A stretch of DNA of 64,000 bases from Minisyncoccota bacterium (GCA_018062765.1 JAGORR010000001.1:442485-506484), one strand, 5' to 3'; positions 8,894-17,870 are shown, numbered from the stretch's first letter. Notes: a model not told the origin generated them from the letters alone. Numbers and translations are program-made.

Positions 8894-10801
8894 ATGACGG
8901 TGAGCGAGATTCGTAAGCGATTCCTCGATTTCTATAAGGAACGCGGGCATGCGGTGGTGCCGTCGGCACCTATCGTGCCCGGTAACGACCCGACGACGCT
9001 TTTCACCTCGAGCGGCATGCAGCCCCTGGTCCCGTACCTCCTAGGAAAGGATCACCCGGAGGGGAGTCGCATCGCGAACTCGCAGAAGTCGTTCCGCGCA
9101 GGGGACATAGAGGAAGTCGGCGATAACCGCCACACGACGTTCTTCGAGATGCTCGGCAACTGGTCCTTGGGCGACTACTTCAAGCAGGAACAGCTGCCAT
9201 GGGTATTCGATTTCCTCACGAACGAAGTCGGGCTTGATCCGAGGAATCTTTATGTAACCGTATTCGATGGAGATGCGGACACGGGAATGGAGCTTGATAC
9301 GGAAGCAGTTGCGATATGGGAGCGTTTGTATAAAGAGAGCGGCATCGAAGCCGAGCTGGTGCGCATAGGTACGGAGGAGGAAGGATACGAGAAGGGAATG
9401 CAGGGCGGCCGCATATTCGCGTACGGCGCGAAGAAGAACTGGTGGAGTCGCGCGGGAGTACCAGCCAATATGCCTGCGGGTGAACCAGGAGGCCCTGACT
9501 CGGAGATTTTCTATGATTTTGGTACTCCGCACGACACGAAGTGGGGGAAGGAGTGTCATGTGAACTGTGACTGCGGACGATTCGTAGAGATAGCGAACTC
9601 AGTTTTCATGCAGTATGTGAAAAGCGCGGACGGCTCATTCTCGAATCTGCCTAAGCAGAACGTCGACTTCGGAGGTGGTCTCGAGCGAATCGCTATTGCT
9701 TCTATCGGTAAGCCTGATGTGTTCCTGCTTGATGTGTTCGACCATGCTCGCCAGACGCTCGAAGAGCGCACCGGAAAGGCATACCTCTCGGATGAAGCCT
9801 CGACTCGCTCGTTTCGAATCATCATGGACCACGTTCGCGCTGCTGCGTTCATGCTCGCTGAGGGCGTTGCACCATCGAACACTGAGGCCGGATATATCCT
9901 TCGCAGACTTATTCGCCGAGCGATACGCGAAGCAGACAAACTCGGCATCAAAGATGCGATTCTTTCTGAAGTCGCACGTGGATTCGGGCACGCATATGAA
10001 GACCATTATCCAGAAGTACTTGGCCAGGCTGACGCCATTACCGATGGCCTCGCAAGAGAAGAGGAGAAATTTCGTAAGACACTCGACACAGGACTAAAAA
10101 TCTTCGAGAAGGCAGCGGGTAGTGGTTCAGTAGACGCAGACACGGTGTTCACGCTCGCTACGAGCTACGGATTTCCGGTCGAGCTAACAGAGGAACTTGC
10201 CAAGGAGCGAGCGCTTTCTATTGATACAGAGCTTGTTGCGACGAAGATGCGCGAGCATCAGGACCTCTCGCGTGCGGGCGCAGCGCAAAAGTTCGCTGGA
10301 GGGCTCGCGGACCACTCGGAGCAGACTGTCCGCTATCACACGACGCACCACATCCTTTTGAAGGCGCTCCAAATGGTGCTCGGCGACGAAGTGAAGCAGC
10401 GCGGTTCGAATATCACCTCGGAGCGTCTTCGTATCGACTTCGCGTCGCCCTCGAAGCTCACTGATGAACAAAAACTGGAAGTGGAAAGAATTGTGAACGA
10501 GCTCATCTATAAGGATTTGCCGGTCACGCGCACGGTTATGCCGCGCGAGGAGGCGGAAAAGCTGGGTGCGCAGATGGAATTCGGGGTGAAATATCCGGAC
10601 ATGGTGTCTGTCTATTCAGTGGGACCCGCAGGCGCCACTGAAGCTGACCCAAAGATATCGGAAGCATTCTCGCTTGAATTTTGTGGTGGTCCGCACGTCA
10701 GCAATACGAGTGAGATTCATGCGGGTGGTAAGAAGTTCCGCATACAGAAGGAGGAGGCCGTAGCTGCCGGGATACGCCGAATTAAAGCAGTTTTGGACTA
10801 G
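8894..10801 (+). CDS. alaS: alanine-tRNA ligase, short form lacking the C-terminal C-Ala domain (636 aa)
   Basis: The N-terminal class II catalytic core (FLDFYKERGH, TSSGMQP) and the editing domain (HTTHHILLKALQ...GS.ITSERLRIDF) are both present. The gene ends well short of the ~870 aa of full-length AlaRS. Start taken at MTVSEIRK. Confidence 0.85.
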   Translation: MTVSEIRKRFLDFYKERGHAVVPSAPIVPGNDPTTLFTSSGMQPLVPYLLGKDHPEGSRIANSQKSFRAGDIEEVGDNRHTTFFEMLGNWSLGDYFKQEQLPWVFDFLTNEVGLDPRNLYVTVFDGDADTGMELDTEAVAIWERLYKESGIEAELVRIGTEEEGYEKGMQGGRIFAYGAKKNWWSRAGVPANMPAGEPGGPDSEIFYDFGTPHDTKWGKECHVNCDCGRFVEIANSVFMQYVKSADGSFSNLPKQNVDFGGGLERIAIASIGKPDVFLLDVFDHARQTLEERTGKAYLSDEASTRSFRIIMDHVRAAAFMLAEGVAPSNTEAGYILRRLIRRAIREADKLGIKDAILSEVARGFGHAYEDHYPEVLGQADAITDGLAREEEKFRKTLDTGLKIFEKAAGSGSVDADTVFTLATSYGFPVELTEELAKERALSIDTELVATKMREHQDLSRAGAAQKFAGGLADHSEQTVRYHTTHHILLKALQMVLGDEVKQRGSNITSERLRIDFASPSKLTDEQKLEVERIVNELIYKDLPVTRTVMPREEAEKLGAQMEFGVKYPDMVSVYSVGPAGATEADPKISEAFSLEFCGGPHVSNTSEIHAGGKKFRIQKEEAVAAGIRRIKAVLD

Positions 10802-10878
10802 CGTATAGCGATTAGCGTCTAGCGGATAGAAAATTCAGGCTGTGTACTGTCCGCTATACGCTCTACGCTGTATAGTTT
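10802..10878. repeat. imperfect ~75-nt palindromic intergenic element, copy 1 (TAGCGTCTAGCGGAYAG ... CTGTACGCT family)
   Basis: Long imperfect hairpin with conserved arms. A second copy follows dnaJ at 23612-23692. Confidence 0.5.
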
Positions 10879-10882
10879 CAAC

Positions 10883-11986
10883 ATGTCCTTGTTCCGTAAG
10901 AAGCGTATCGATGCTGCTATCGTTGTAGACATCGGCTCCGGCTCGGTTGGTGCCGCATACCTCACCCTTTCTAAAGGGACGCGGCCAACACTCCACTACG
11001 GGGTACGCATAAAGCATCGCGAGATGAGCGACGTGGCCGCCACAGTGAAGGAAGCGGTGCGTTCGCTAGTCGCGCACGGCTCGTCGATGCTGCGTGACGC
11101 CACTGGAAGCGGTCGCGCAGATGTCGCGCTCGTCGCCGTGGCCTCACCGTGGCAGCGGACGCATGTAGAAGAGCGCGTTCGCGATGCCGAGACAGCATTT
11201 CCTGTTACACGGGGACTCCTCGAAGAGCTCTCCAAAGCAGATGAAAACCTTCCGGAAGGACATGATCCATTGGATTCCGCAATTATTGCCACCTCTCTCA
11301 ACGGATACGCCATCGAGGAGCCCGTCGGAAAACGCGCGAAGCGACTCGAAGCTGTCGTCATGTCTTCCTCTATAGAGCGCTTGCTCAAGAGTGCCGCGGA
11401 TAATGCGCTTAAGAGCGAGGCGCACCTGACAGGCGCTGCGTTCGCGTCGTTCCCTTGGGTTTCTTATAGCTCGCTATCCGCGCTCTACCCACACGAACGG
11501 GATTATCTCATTATGGATGCGGCAGGACTTGCAACCGACATCACACTCGTATCTCGTGGCCGCGTTGCGCGCGTCGCTTCTTGCGGCGCCGGACTGGCCA
11601 CTCTTCTTTCACCCCGTATCGAAGCCGGAGCGGAATCTATCGAAGAAGGTGTGCACGTTACGCGGGACACGAAGACGGAACGTTTTAGCGCTGCAGGAGC
11701 TAAAGACTGGCTTGCTGGTTGCATACTCGCATTCAAGGACCTATCTGAACATCAGGCGCTGCCTCGTAAACTATTTTTGCTTGCGGATGAGACATTCGGA
11801 CAGACAGTTAAGACGCTCTTGGCTGATGCGAGCGTCCGGTCGCTCTGGCTTTCTGACGAACCGCTCTCGATTATCATAGTCAGCCCGTCGCAGCTGCAGA
11901 GCGCTATCGTCCCGCTCGGACAGGGGAGTGATGATATCTTCCTGATGCTTGCTGGCTACCACGCAGCGCGCGTGTATACCCAATAG
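10883..11986 (+). CDS. actin-like ATPase fold protein (PilM/FtsA-like)
   Basis: N-terminal IVVDIGSGSVGAAY phosphate-1-like motif of the actin/ASKHA fold. No further support. Confidence 0.4.
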   Translation: MSLFRKKRIDAAIVVDIGSGSVGAAYLTLSKGTRPTLHYGVRIKHREMSDVAATVKEAVRSLVAHGSSMLRDATGSGRADVALVAVASPWQRTHVEERVRDAETAFPVTRGLLEELSKADENLPEGHDPLDSAIIATSLNGYAIEEPVGKRAKRLEAVVMSSSIERLLKSAADNALKSEAHLTGAAFASFPWVSYSSLSALYPHERDYLIMDAAGLATDITLVSRGRVARVASCGAGLATLLSPRIEAGAESIEEGVHVTRDTKTERFSAAGAKDWLAGCILAFKDLSEHQALPRKLFLLADETFGQTVKTLLADASVRSLWLSDEPLSIIIVSPSQLQSAIVPLGQGSDDIFLMLAGYHAARVYTQ

Positions 11987-12044
11987 ACCCGTTGCCAGGG
12001 AGCGCTCGGTGTATACTTCTGCCATAGCATTTATTTGCATTGTC

Positions 12045-13340
12045 ATGCCTACCCCGCGCACCGTAAACGACATCATCCCTCCATCACGCCGCAGGCGTAT
12101 CGAGCCTGATGCACCCGAGGCCCCTCGCGAACCGGCTCCCGTGATGGAGGACATGCATGTTGATATGCCTCCTCCACCTGAAACCCCACCACCTTTGAGA
12201 CCTCTTCCGCCTATGCATCCAGCACCACGTCGACGTTTTCCCTGGGGAACGGCACTCATCGCGATTCTCGTCGTGCTTGCCTCCGTTGCTGCTCTCTGGC
12301 TCTTCTCTGGTGCGTCCGTATCCATAACGCCGAAGACGCAGTCCGGTTCCGTATCGCAGGAGTATACGGCGACGCCAGATGGAGGAGACCTGCCATTCCG
12401 CGTTGTCTCGACCGAGAAAATCGCCTCAAAGAGCGTTCCCGCTGAGTCAACGGTAAACGCAAATGACGCTGCCGAAGGCACTATTACGGTCTACAACACT
12501 TCCGCTACGCCGCAGCGATTCGTAAAGAACACACGCTTCGAGTCTCCAAACGGGCTTATCTACCGCGCGCGTGACGCGATAAACGTTCCTGCCGGAAGCG
12601 CGTCGAGCCCGGGTACGACTAAGGTCGCTGTTTTTGCAGAGACCGGGGGTGAACAGTACAACATCGCTCCTACCGACTTCACCCTGCCAGGACTCGATGG
12701 CACACCTGAAGGGAAGCAGGTGTACGGAAAGTCTACGGAGTCGTTCGTCGGCGGATTCCTGGGTAACCGCCCATCGGTCTCAGAAGCAACCGCTACCCGC
12801 GAACGCGTAGCGCTCCAGGCAGAGCTGCCCGCTGCCGTCCTCGACGGACTTCGAGAAGCAACGCCAGAGGGATACGTGCTTATCCCCGGCTCCGAGAATG
12901 TCCTCTACTCACCACTTCCGGACGCTCCGGACGGTTCCGGAGGCGTATATGTTCGCCACAAGGCCACGGCTACGGCGGCTGTGTTCCCGGCTGACGCACT
13001 TTCGCGTGCAGTCGCGCAGGTAATCATCGGCCAGGGATATGCCGGGCAGCCAGTGCAGCTGACGAACGTAGACCAGCTCCGAGTTACCCCTAAGGCTCCT
13101 GTCTCGGCCGCCGACCCATTCGAGTTCACGCTTTCAGGTACTGGCTCCATTGTCTGGGAGGTGGATCCGAATAAAATTGCAGGGCAAGTCTCCGGAAAGA
13201 CCCGCGATGCTGCCCGAGTCCTCATTTCAGGACTCCCTGAGATAGGCGAGGGTGTGATAACGCTTCGTCCATTCTGGGCAGGTACCCTGCCGGAGGACCC
13301 TACGGAGATAAAAGTGACCGTCGTAGCCCCTAAGCAATAG
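12045..13340 (+). CDS. hypothetical membrane-anchored protein with Pro-rich linker and large extracytoplasmic domain
   Basis: PPPPETPPPLRPLPP stretch, then a single TM (ALIAILVVLASVAALWLF), then a ~350-aa soluble region. Confidence 0.45.
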   Translation: MPTPRTVNDIIPPSRRRRIEPDAPEAPREPAPVMEDMHVDMPPPPETPPPLRPLPPMHPAPRRRFPWGTALIAILVVLASVAALWLFSGASVSITPKTQSGSVSQEYTATPDGGDLPFRVVSTEKIASKSVPAESTVNANDAAEGTITVYNTSATPQRFVKNTRFESPNGLIYRARDAINVPAGSASSPGTTKVAVFAETGGEQYNIAPTDFTLPGLDGTPEGKQVYGKSTESFVGGFLGNRPSVSEATATRERVALQAELPAAVLDGLREATPEGYVLIPGSENVLYSPLPDAPDGSGGVYVRHKATATAAVFPADALSRAVAQVIIGQGYAGQPVQLTNVDQLRVTPKAPVSAADPFEFTLSGTGSIVWEVDPNKIAGQVSGKTRDAARVLISGLPEIGEGVITLRPFWAGTLPEDPTEIKVTVVAPKQ

Positions 13341-13347
13341 GCGCGAT

Positions 13348-13376
13348 TTGACGCCCTATCGGCTTCCTGCTATTCT
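13348..13376 (+). promoter_or_regulatory. sigma70-like promoter (TTGACG-17-TATTCT) upstream of infA
   Basis: Spacing and hexamers read directly from the sequence. Confidence 0.4.
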
Positions 13377-13388
13377 CACAAAGTCCAC

Positions 13389-13628
13389 ATGGCGGATGAA
13401 AGCGATGCGAAAGAGGTACCGACCGGCGTTGTCGAGGAGGTCCTCCCTAACTCGCTTTTCCGTGTCCGCATGCCGGCTCCGGCCGACGCGCAGGAAGGGG
13501 ATCTCTTGCTCGCGTATCTAGCAGGCAAGATGCGTCTGCATCGCATACGCGTACTGGTGGGAGATAAGGTAGAGCTCGTTCTCGACCCTTATGGCGGCAA
13601 GGCCCGCATCACCAGGAGGTTAAGTTAG
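13389..13628 (+). CDS. infA: translation initiation factor IF-1
   Basis: S1-like fold sequence GVVEEVLPNSLFRV...GKMRLHRIRVLVGDKVELVLDPY. Confidence 0.85.
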   Translation: MADESDAKEVPTGVVEEVLPNSLFRVRMPAPADAQEGDLLLAYLAGKMRLHRIRVLVGDKVELVLDPYGGKARITRRLS

Positions 13629-13680
13629 GCCTTGTTTATTACCCGTTCACAGCGCTCTGCGCTCGTAACCTGTCACTAGG

Positions 13681-13797
13681 ATGAAAGTCCGTGCATCCGT
13701 AAAGAAGCAGCAGCCAGGTGACCTCCTTGTACGGAGGGGCGGACGTCTGTACCGGATAAACAAGCGCAATCCCCGCCGTAAGCTTCGCCAGGGATAA
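13681..13797 (+). CDS. rpmJ: ribosomal protein L36, cysteine-less (zinc-independent, YkgO-like) form
   Basis: 38-aa [41 protein letters not shown]. The L36 core RGRLY.I.K.NPR.K.RQG is present but the CxxC...C..H ligands are absent. The ORF is below the track's length cutoff. Confidence 0.75.
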   Translation: MKVRASVKKQQPGDLLVRRGGRLYRINKRNPRRKLRQG

Positions 13798-13818
13798 TAT
13801 TTTCGTACTTCTACTACC

Positions 13819-14199
13819 ATGCGTATTTCAGGCGTAACCCTTCCCGACGATAAGCAGCTCGCATACGCGCTGCCGCAGATTTATGGCATCGGCTTTACCC
13901 GTGCCAAGCAGATTCTTGATAAGGCAGGTGTCGCTCACGACACGAAGGGTAAGGACCTCACGTCAGACGAAGAGCAGAAGATTCGCCAGCTCGCTGAGGG
14001 CTTCCTCATCGAGGGAGAGCTCCGTCGTGAGATTGGCCAGAACGTAAAGCGCCTGAAGGACATTAAGTCCGCACGCGGTAGCCGCCATGCACTCCACCTC
14101 CCGGTTCGCGGTCAGCGCACCAAGACCAATTCTCGTACCGTCCGCGGTAACGTTCGTAAGACCATGGGCTCCGGTCGCCGCACGCTTGAGAAGACATAA
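13819..14199 (+). CDS. rpsM: ribosomal protein S13
   Basis: MRISGV..P.DK....AL..IYGIG and RRE...KRL..I...RG.RH..GLPVRGQRTKTN. Confidence 0.95.
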   Translation: MRISGVTLPDDKQLAYALPQIYGIGFTRAKQILDKAGVAHDTKGKDLTSDEEQKIRQLAEGFLIEGELRREIGQNVKRLKDIKSARGSRHALHLPVRGQRTKTNSRTVRGNVRKTMGSGRRTLEKT

Positions 14200-14204
14200 T
14201 TCAT

Positions 14205-14639
14205 ATGGGAAAGAAACGAATCATCAAGAAGTCAGGCAAAGGTCTCGATCAGGGGCGCAAGGAGCGCGCACTTTCGAAGATTGCAAAGAAGCGCGTCGAG
14301 CGCGGCATTCTTCACATCGAGGCGACGTTCAACAACACGAAGGCTGTTCTCACAGACGAGAAGGGCAATGCCATCATGTCTTCGTCTTCCGGCGCGCTCG
14401 GCTTCACGGGCGCCAGGAAGTCGACTCCGTACGCTGCTGCGAAGGTGGGTGAACTTCTCGGAGAGAAGGGTGCCATCGTCGGCCTCAAGGAGGCGTCAGT
14501 CATCATCCGCGGAGTCGGAGCAGGACGCGAGTCTGCGCTTCGTGCATTCGCTGGAAAGGGTATCCAGATTCGCTCCATCAAGGACGCGACCCCAGTTCCA
14601 CACAACGGACCTCGTCCGCCTAAGCCAAGGCGAGTGTAG
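14205..14639 (+). CDS. rpsK: ribosomal protein S11
   Basis: GILHI.ATFNNT...TD..GNA...SS.G...F.G..KSTPYAA ... IRG.G.GRESA.RA. Confidence 0.95.
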   Translation: MGKKRIIKKSGKGLDQGRKERALSKIAKKRVERGILHIEATFNNTKAVLTDEKGNAIMSSSSGALGFTGARKSTPYAAAKVGELLGEKGAIVGLKEASVIIRGVGAGRESALRAFAGKGIQIRSIKDATPVPHNGPRPPKPRRV

Positions 14640-14648
14640 CGAGCCGAA

Positions 14649-14790
14649 GCCCAGCACCAAAACACGTATGATAACTACTAAAAATTTCTTCAACCAGACT
14701 GGCTCGTCGAGCGCCGGTGTCGTGACTTTGCTGTCCTTGGTGCTGGGCATAGCAATGTCTAACTCGCTTCGCTCCTAACACATTGCTATG
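14649..14790 (+). promoter_or_regulatory. structured 142-nt intergenic leader element, copy A, sequestering the rpsD start codon
   Basis: Long-range stem GCCCAGCACCAA (14649-14660) pairs with TTGGTGCTGGGC (14737-14748). A second hairpin CATAGCAATGT/ACATTGCTATG then buries the ATG. Its 21-nt loop is CTAACTCGCTTCGCTCCTAAC. Confidence 0.45.
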
Positions 14791-15396
14791 AAAATTGGAC
14801 CTAAGTACAAGATAGCTAAGCGACTCGGCGCGACCGTCTTCGAGAAGACGATGTCGCAGAAGTTCGCTATAGCCAAGGAGCGCAGCGAAAAGACCCGTAA
14901 GCGTGGCCGTGGCCCATCCGAGTTCGGAAAGCAGCTTCTAGAGAAGCAGAAGGTTCGCCTTACCTACGGCCTTTCTGAGAAGCAGTTCGCTAACTACGTG
15001 GCGGAGGCTATGGAGACCCGCGGTGTCCCGCCTGTTGAGACGCTTCACAAGTTGCTTGAGATCCGTCTTGACTCGGTTGTCTACCGCTTGGGCCTTGCGA
15101 AGACCCGCCGCGCATCGCGCCAGATGGTCTCTCACGGGCACATCACGGTGAACGGCGTGAAGTCCACGATTCCGTCCCGCCGCATGCGCCAGGGAGATGT
15201 CGTCGCTATCCGCGATGGCTCGAAGTCGAGCGTTATGTTCGAAGGTCTTGCCGAGAAGCTTGCCGAGCGTCCTACCCCGAGCTGGTTGTCATGGGATGTG
15301 AAGCAGATGTCGGGTAGCCTTGCGGACATGCCAACGGCAGCAAGCGCGGACCCGGCGGGCGACCTCGGTGCCGTCTTGTCGTTCTACAGCCGTTAG
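14788..15396 (+). CDS. rpsD: ribosomal protein S4
   Basis: Typical S4 N-terminus (KYKIAKRLG) and S4 RNA-binding domain. Confidence 0.95.
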   Translation: MKIGPKYKIAKRLGATVFEKTMSQKFAIAKERSEKTRKRGRGPSEFGKQLLEKQKVRLTYGLSEKQFANYVAEAMETRGVPPVETLHKLLEIRLDSVVYRLGLAKTRRASRQMVSHGHITVNGVKSTIPSRRMRQGDVVAIRDGSKSSVMFEGLAEKLAERPTPSWLSWDVKQMSGSLADMPTAASADPAGDLGAVLSFYSR

Positions 15397-15424
15397 TTTT
15401 ATTACTGGTTATCACGATTGAGTC

Positions 15425-16375
15425 ATGGAATACCACATCACCTTGCCGTCTAAGCCCCGCGTCGTCTCTGAAGACGGTCTTTCGGGCACCTACGAGATTG
15501 ATTCGCTTTACCCAGGGTACGGCCACACGCTCGGTAACAGCCTTCGCCGTATCATCCTTTCGTCCTTGCCAGGTGCTGCCATCACGAACGTTAAGATTGA
15601 GGGCGTTGCGCATGAGTTCTCGACCATCGAGGGCGTTCGCGAGTCCGTTATGGAAATCCTCCTTAACCTCAAGCGCGTCCATTTCGTTCTTCACGGGGAT
15701 GAGCCACAGGTTATCCGCCTTACCGCAAAAGGCGCGAAGGTGGTTACCGCCGGTGACTTCACGCTTCCAAGCCAGGTCGAGATTAAGAACCCTGACCACC
15801 ATGTTGCGGACATCTCTGGTAAGGTGACTCTCGAAATCGAAGCAACTATCGAGCGCGGACTTGGGTACGTGCCTCGCGAGCTTCTTACGAAGGACAAGGT
15901 GGACATCGGCACGATTGCGCTCGATGCAACATTCACTCCTATCCGCCGTGTGAATTACGAGGTGGAGAACATGCGCGTTGGTGATCGTACTGACTTCAAT
16001 CGCTTGAAGATCCTCATCGAGACCAACGGCACCGTTTCTCCGCGCGAAGCTCTGGAGCGTTCTATCGAGCTCATGATTCACCAGCTCAAGGCAGTCGTCG
16101 GCTTCCAGGAGACAGTTGAGGCTGAGGAAACGCCGTCTGCATCGATGTCATCCTCTGACGCAGGCGAGAAGGACGCCGCAAAGACCAAAGTTGAGGACCT
16201 TGGTCTTTCGGCTCGCGTCACCACGGCGCTCACTGAGGCGGGCATCCGCTCTGCTGCAGGACTTTCGAAGAAGACAGCGTCTGCATTGAAGGAGCTCGAC
16301 GGCATCGGCGACAAGGCGATTACCGAGATTGAATTCGCGCTCTCGGGTCTCGGACTTGCTCTTAAGGGCGAATAA
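15425..16375 (+). CDS. rpoA: DNA-directed RNA polymerase subunit alpha
   Basis: NTD GYGHTLGNSLRRILLSS. CTD with HhH (GL..R..N.L....I). Confidence 0.95.
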   Translation: MEYHITLPSKPRVVSEDGLSGTYEIDSLYPGYGHTLGNSLRRIILSSLPGAAITNVKIEGVAHEFSTIEGVRESVMEILLNLKRVHFVLHGDEPQVIRLTAKGAKVVTAGDFTLPSQVEIKNPDHHVADISGKVTLEIEATIERGLGYVPRELLTKDKVDIGTIALDATFTPIRRVNYEVENMRVGDRTDFNRLKILIETNGTVSPREALERSIELMIHQLKAVVGFQETVEAEETPSASMSSSDAGEKDAAKTKVEDLGLSARVTTALTEAGIRSAAGLSKKTASALKELDGIGDKAITEIEFALSGLGLALKGE

Positions 16376-16417
16376 CGGTCTAGAGAAATAAGGAGCTAGC
16401 GACTATATTTCACTTAA

Positions 16418-16559
16418 CCCAGCACCATCACGCGCTTATGAAAGCTCACACGCACATGCAGGCTAATATGTCCTCGAATATTTCGGGGGTTATTGGACTT
16501 GGGATGGTGCTGGGTGTAAGGTTTCCTAACTCGCTACGCTCGTAACGAAACCTAACATG
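16418..16559 (+). promoter_or_regulatory. structured 142-nt intergenic leader element, copy B, immediately upstream of rplQ
   Basis: Stem CCCAGCACCATC (16418-16429) pairs with GATGGTGCTGGG (16503-16514). A hairpin AGGTTTC/GAAACCT follows, with loop CTAACTCGCTACGCTCGTAAC, 3 nt before the ATG. Confidence 0.45.
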
Positions 16560-16910
16560 CGACATCAGCACAAAGGCCGGACACTCGGACGCCCCAAGAA
16601 CCAGCGGGGTGCCTTGCTCCGTTCCCTCGCTCGGTCTCTCGTCATACACGAGCGCATCTCGACCACCGACGCCAAGGCACGCGAACTGCGCCCGGTTATC
16701 GAAAAGCTCATCACTCGCGCCAAGACAGACACTGTCGCTAATCGACGTATCGTGAATGCCCGCATCCAGGACCCAACCGCAACTAAGAAGCTTTTCACGG
16801 CTATCGGCCCTCGCTACAAGGACCGCGCAGGTGGCTACACCCGCATCGTGAAGCGCACGGCTCGCGGCACCAACGACGCGCGCAAGATGGCGTTCATCGC
16901 ACTCGTATAA
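16557..16910 (+). CDS. rplQ: ribosomal protein L17
   Basis: MRHQHKGRTLGR...HRRALLRSL family sequence. Confidence 0.95.
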   Translation: MRHQHKGRTLGRPKNQRGALLRSLARSLVIHERISTTDAKARELRPVIEKLITRAKTDTVANRRIVNARIQDPTATKKLFTAIGPRYKDRAGGYTRIVKRTARGTNDARKMAFIALV

Positions 16911-16911
16911 T

Positions 16912-17298
16912 ATGAAAACTTCCCCTCAGACCCCGATAAAGAAGATGGAGCCTATCGCATACACGATAGATGCTGCCGGAAAGAAGCTCGGACGCGTAGC
17001 CTCTGAGGCCGCATCTATGCTCCTTGGGAAGAAGTCCGTCCAGTTCGTAAAACACGAAGTGCTTCCCGTCACCGTCACCATCAACAACGCTTCAAAGCTC
17101 GACATGAGCGAGAAGCGCATTAAGGGAAAGACGTACCTGCACTTCACCGGCTACCCGGGTGGTCTTAAGGAGACCTCCATGCAGATGATGATTGATAAGA
17201 AGGGCATCGGAGAGGTCGTCAAGAAGACTGTGGACGGCATGATTCCCCGTAACGCACTCCGCAAGGAGCGTATGAAGCGCCTTACTGTAAACGACTAA
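16912..17298 (+). CDS. rplM: ribosomal protein L13
   Basis: Y.IDA.GK.LGR.AS..A..L.GK and the HF.GYPGG block. Confidence 0.95.
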   Translation: MKTSPQTPIKKMEPIAYTIDAAGKKLGRVASEAASMLLGKKSVQFVKHEVLPVTVTINNASKLDMSEKRIKGKTYLHFTGYPGGLKETSMQMMIDKKGIGEVVKKTVDGMIPRNALRKERMKRLTVND

Positions 17299-17299
17299 T

Positions 17300-17701
17300 A
17301 TGCCTGATAAAACTCCGTACGTAGCAGCAATCGGCCGCAGGAAGACTGCGGTAGCCCGCGTGCGCCTCATGAAGGCGAAGGAGGCTAGCGTGACGGTAAA
17401 CGGCATGCCAGCTAAGGACTATTTCCACACCGATGAGCGCACGCTCATTTCAGAGGAGTCCTTGAAGGCTGCTGAGCTCGACGGTATCTACGCAGTCACA
17501 GCTAAAGTAGCTGGTGGCGGTATCGCAGCCCAGGCTGACGCGGTGCGCATGGGTATCGCTCGCGCCGCAACGATGGTGAACCCCAACACTCGCGGCACCC
17601 TCAAGTCCGCAGGATTTTTGAAGCGCGACCCGCGCGCAAAGGAGCGCAAGAAGCCAGGTCTCGTGAAGGCCCGCAAGCGTAAGCAGTGGAGCAAGCGTTA
17701 G
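17300..17701 (+). CDS. rpsI: ribosomal protein S9
   Basis: GRRK.AVARV.L and the C-terminal ...RKKPG..KARKR.QWSKR. Confidence 0.95.
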   Translation: MPDKTPYVAAIGRRKTAVARVRLMKAKEASVTVNGMPAKDYFHTDERTLISEESLKAAELDGIYAVTAKVAGGGIAAQADAVRMGIARAATMVNPNTRGTLKSAGFLKRDPRAKERKKPGLVKARKRKQWSKR

Positions 17702-17707
17702 AAAACA

Positions 17708-17730
17708 AGCCCCATTGAGGGGCTTTTTTC
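17708..17730 (+). terminator. rho-independent terminator after rpsI
   Basis: agcccc-attg-aggggct followed by tttttc. Confidence 0.6.
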
Positions 17731-17870
17731 TTGACGCTTGATCGGCCGCAGTGATGTTTTGCCAGCAGGCAAAACCACGAGGCGGGCTCGCGGAATTTCG
17801 TGAGCGACGGCGAACGAAATATCTGTGAGGGAAGCGCTAAAGGAAAGTCCCTACTACGGGGGCTTTTTTG

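Noticed and set aside
11771-12481. Long antisense ORFs inside well-supported genes (also 15272-16081, 20203-20811, 9041-9559, 3280-3843, 41233-41874)
   Set aside because: These are typical high-GC shadow ORFs opposite genes with clear homology (ribosomal proteins, dnaK, alaS, aspS). They have no motifs or RBS.
14649-14748. MITE-like mobile element defined by the CCCAGCACC / GGTGCTGGG inverted ends
   Set aside because: The two copies have completely different internal sequence and identical overall length. That pattern fits a conserved structured RNA rather than recent transposition. No target-site duplication is evident.
17836-17850. AGGAAAGTCC, resembling the RNase P RNA CR-I motif
   Set aside because: It is not followed by GGGCTCC. 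No P4 or other conserved RNase P elements lie nearby. It sits in a promoter/leader region.
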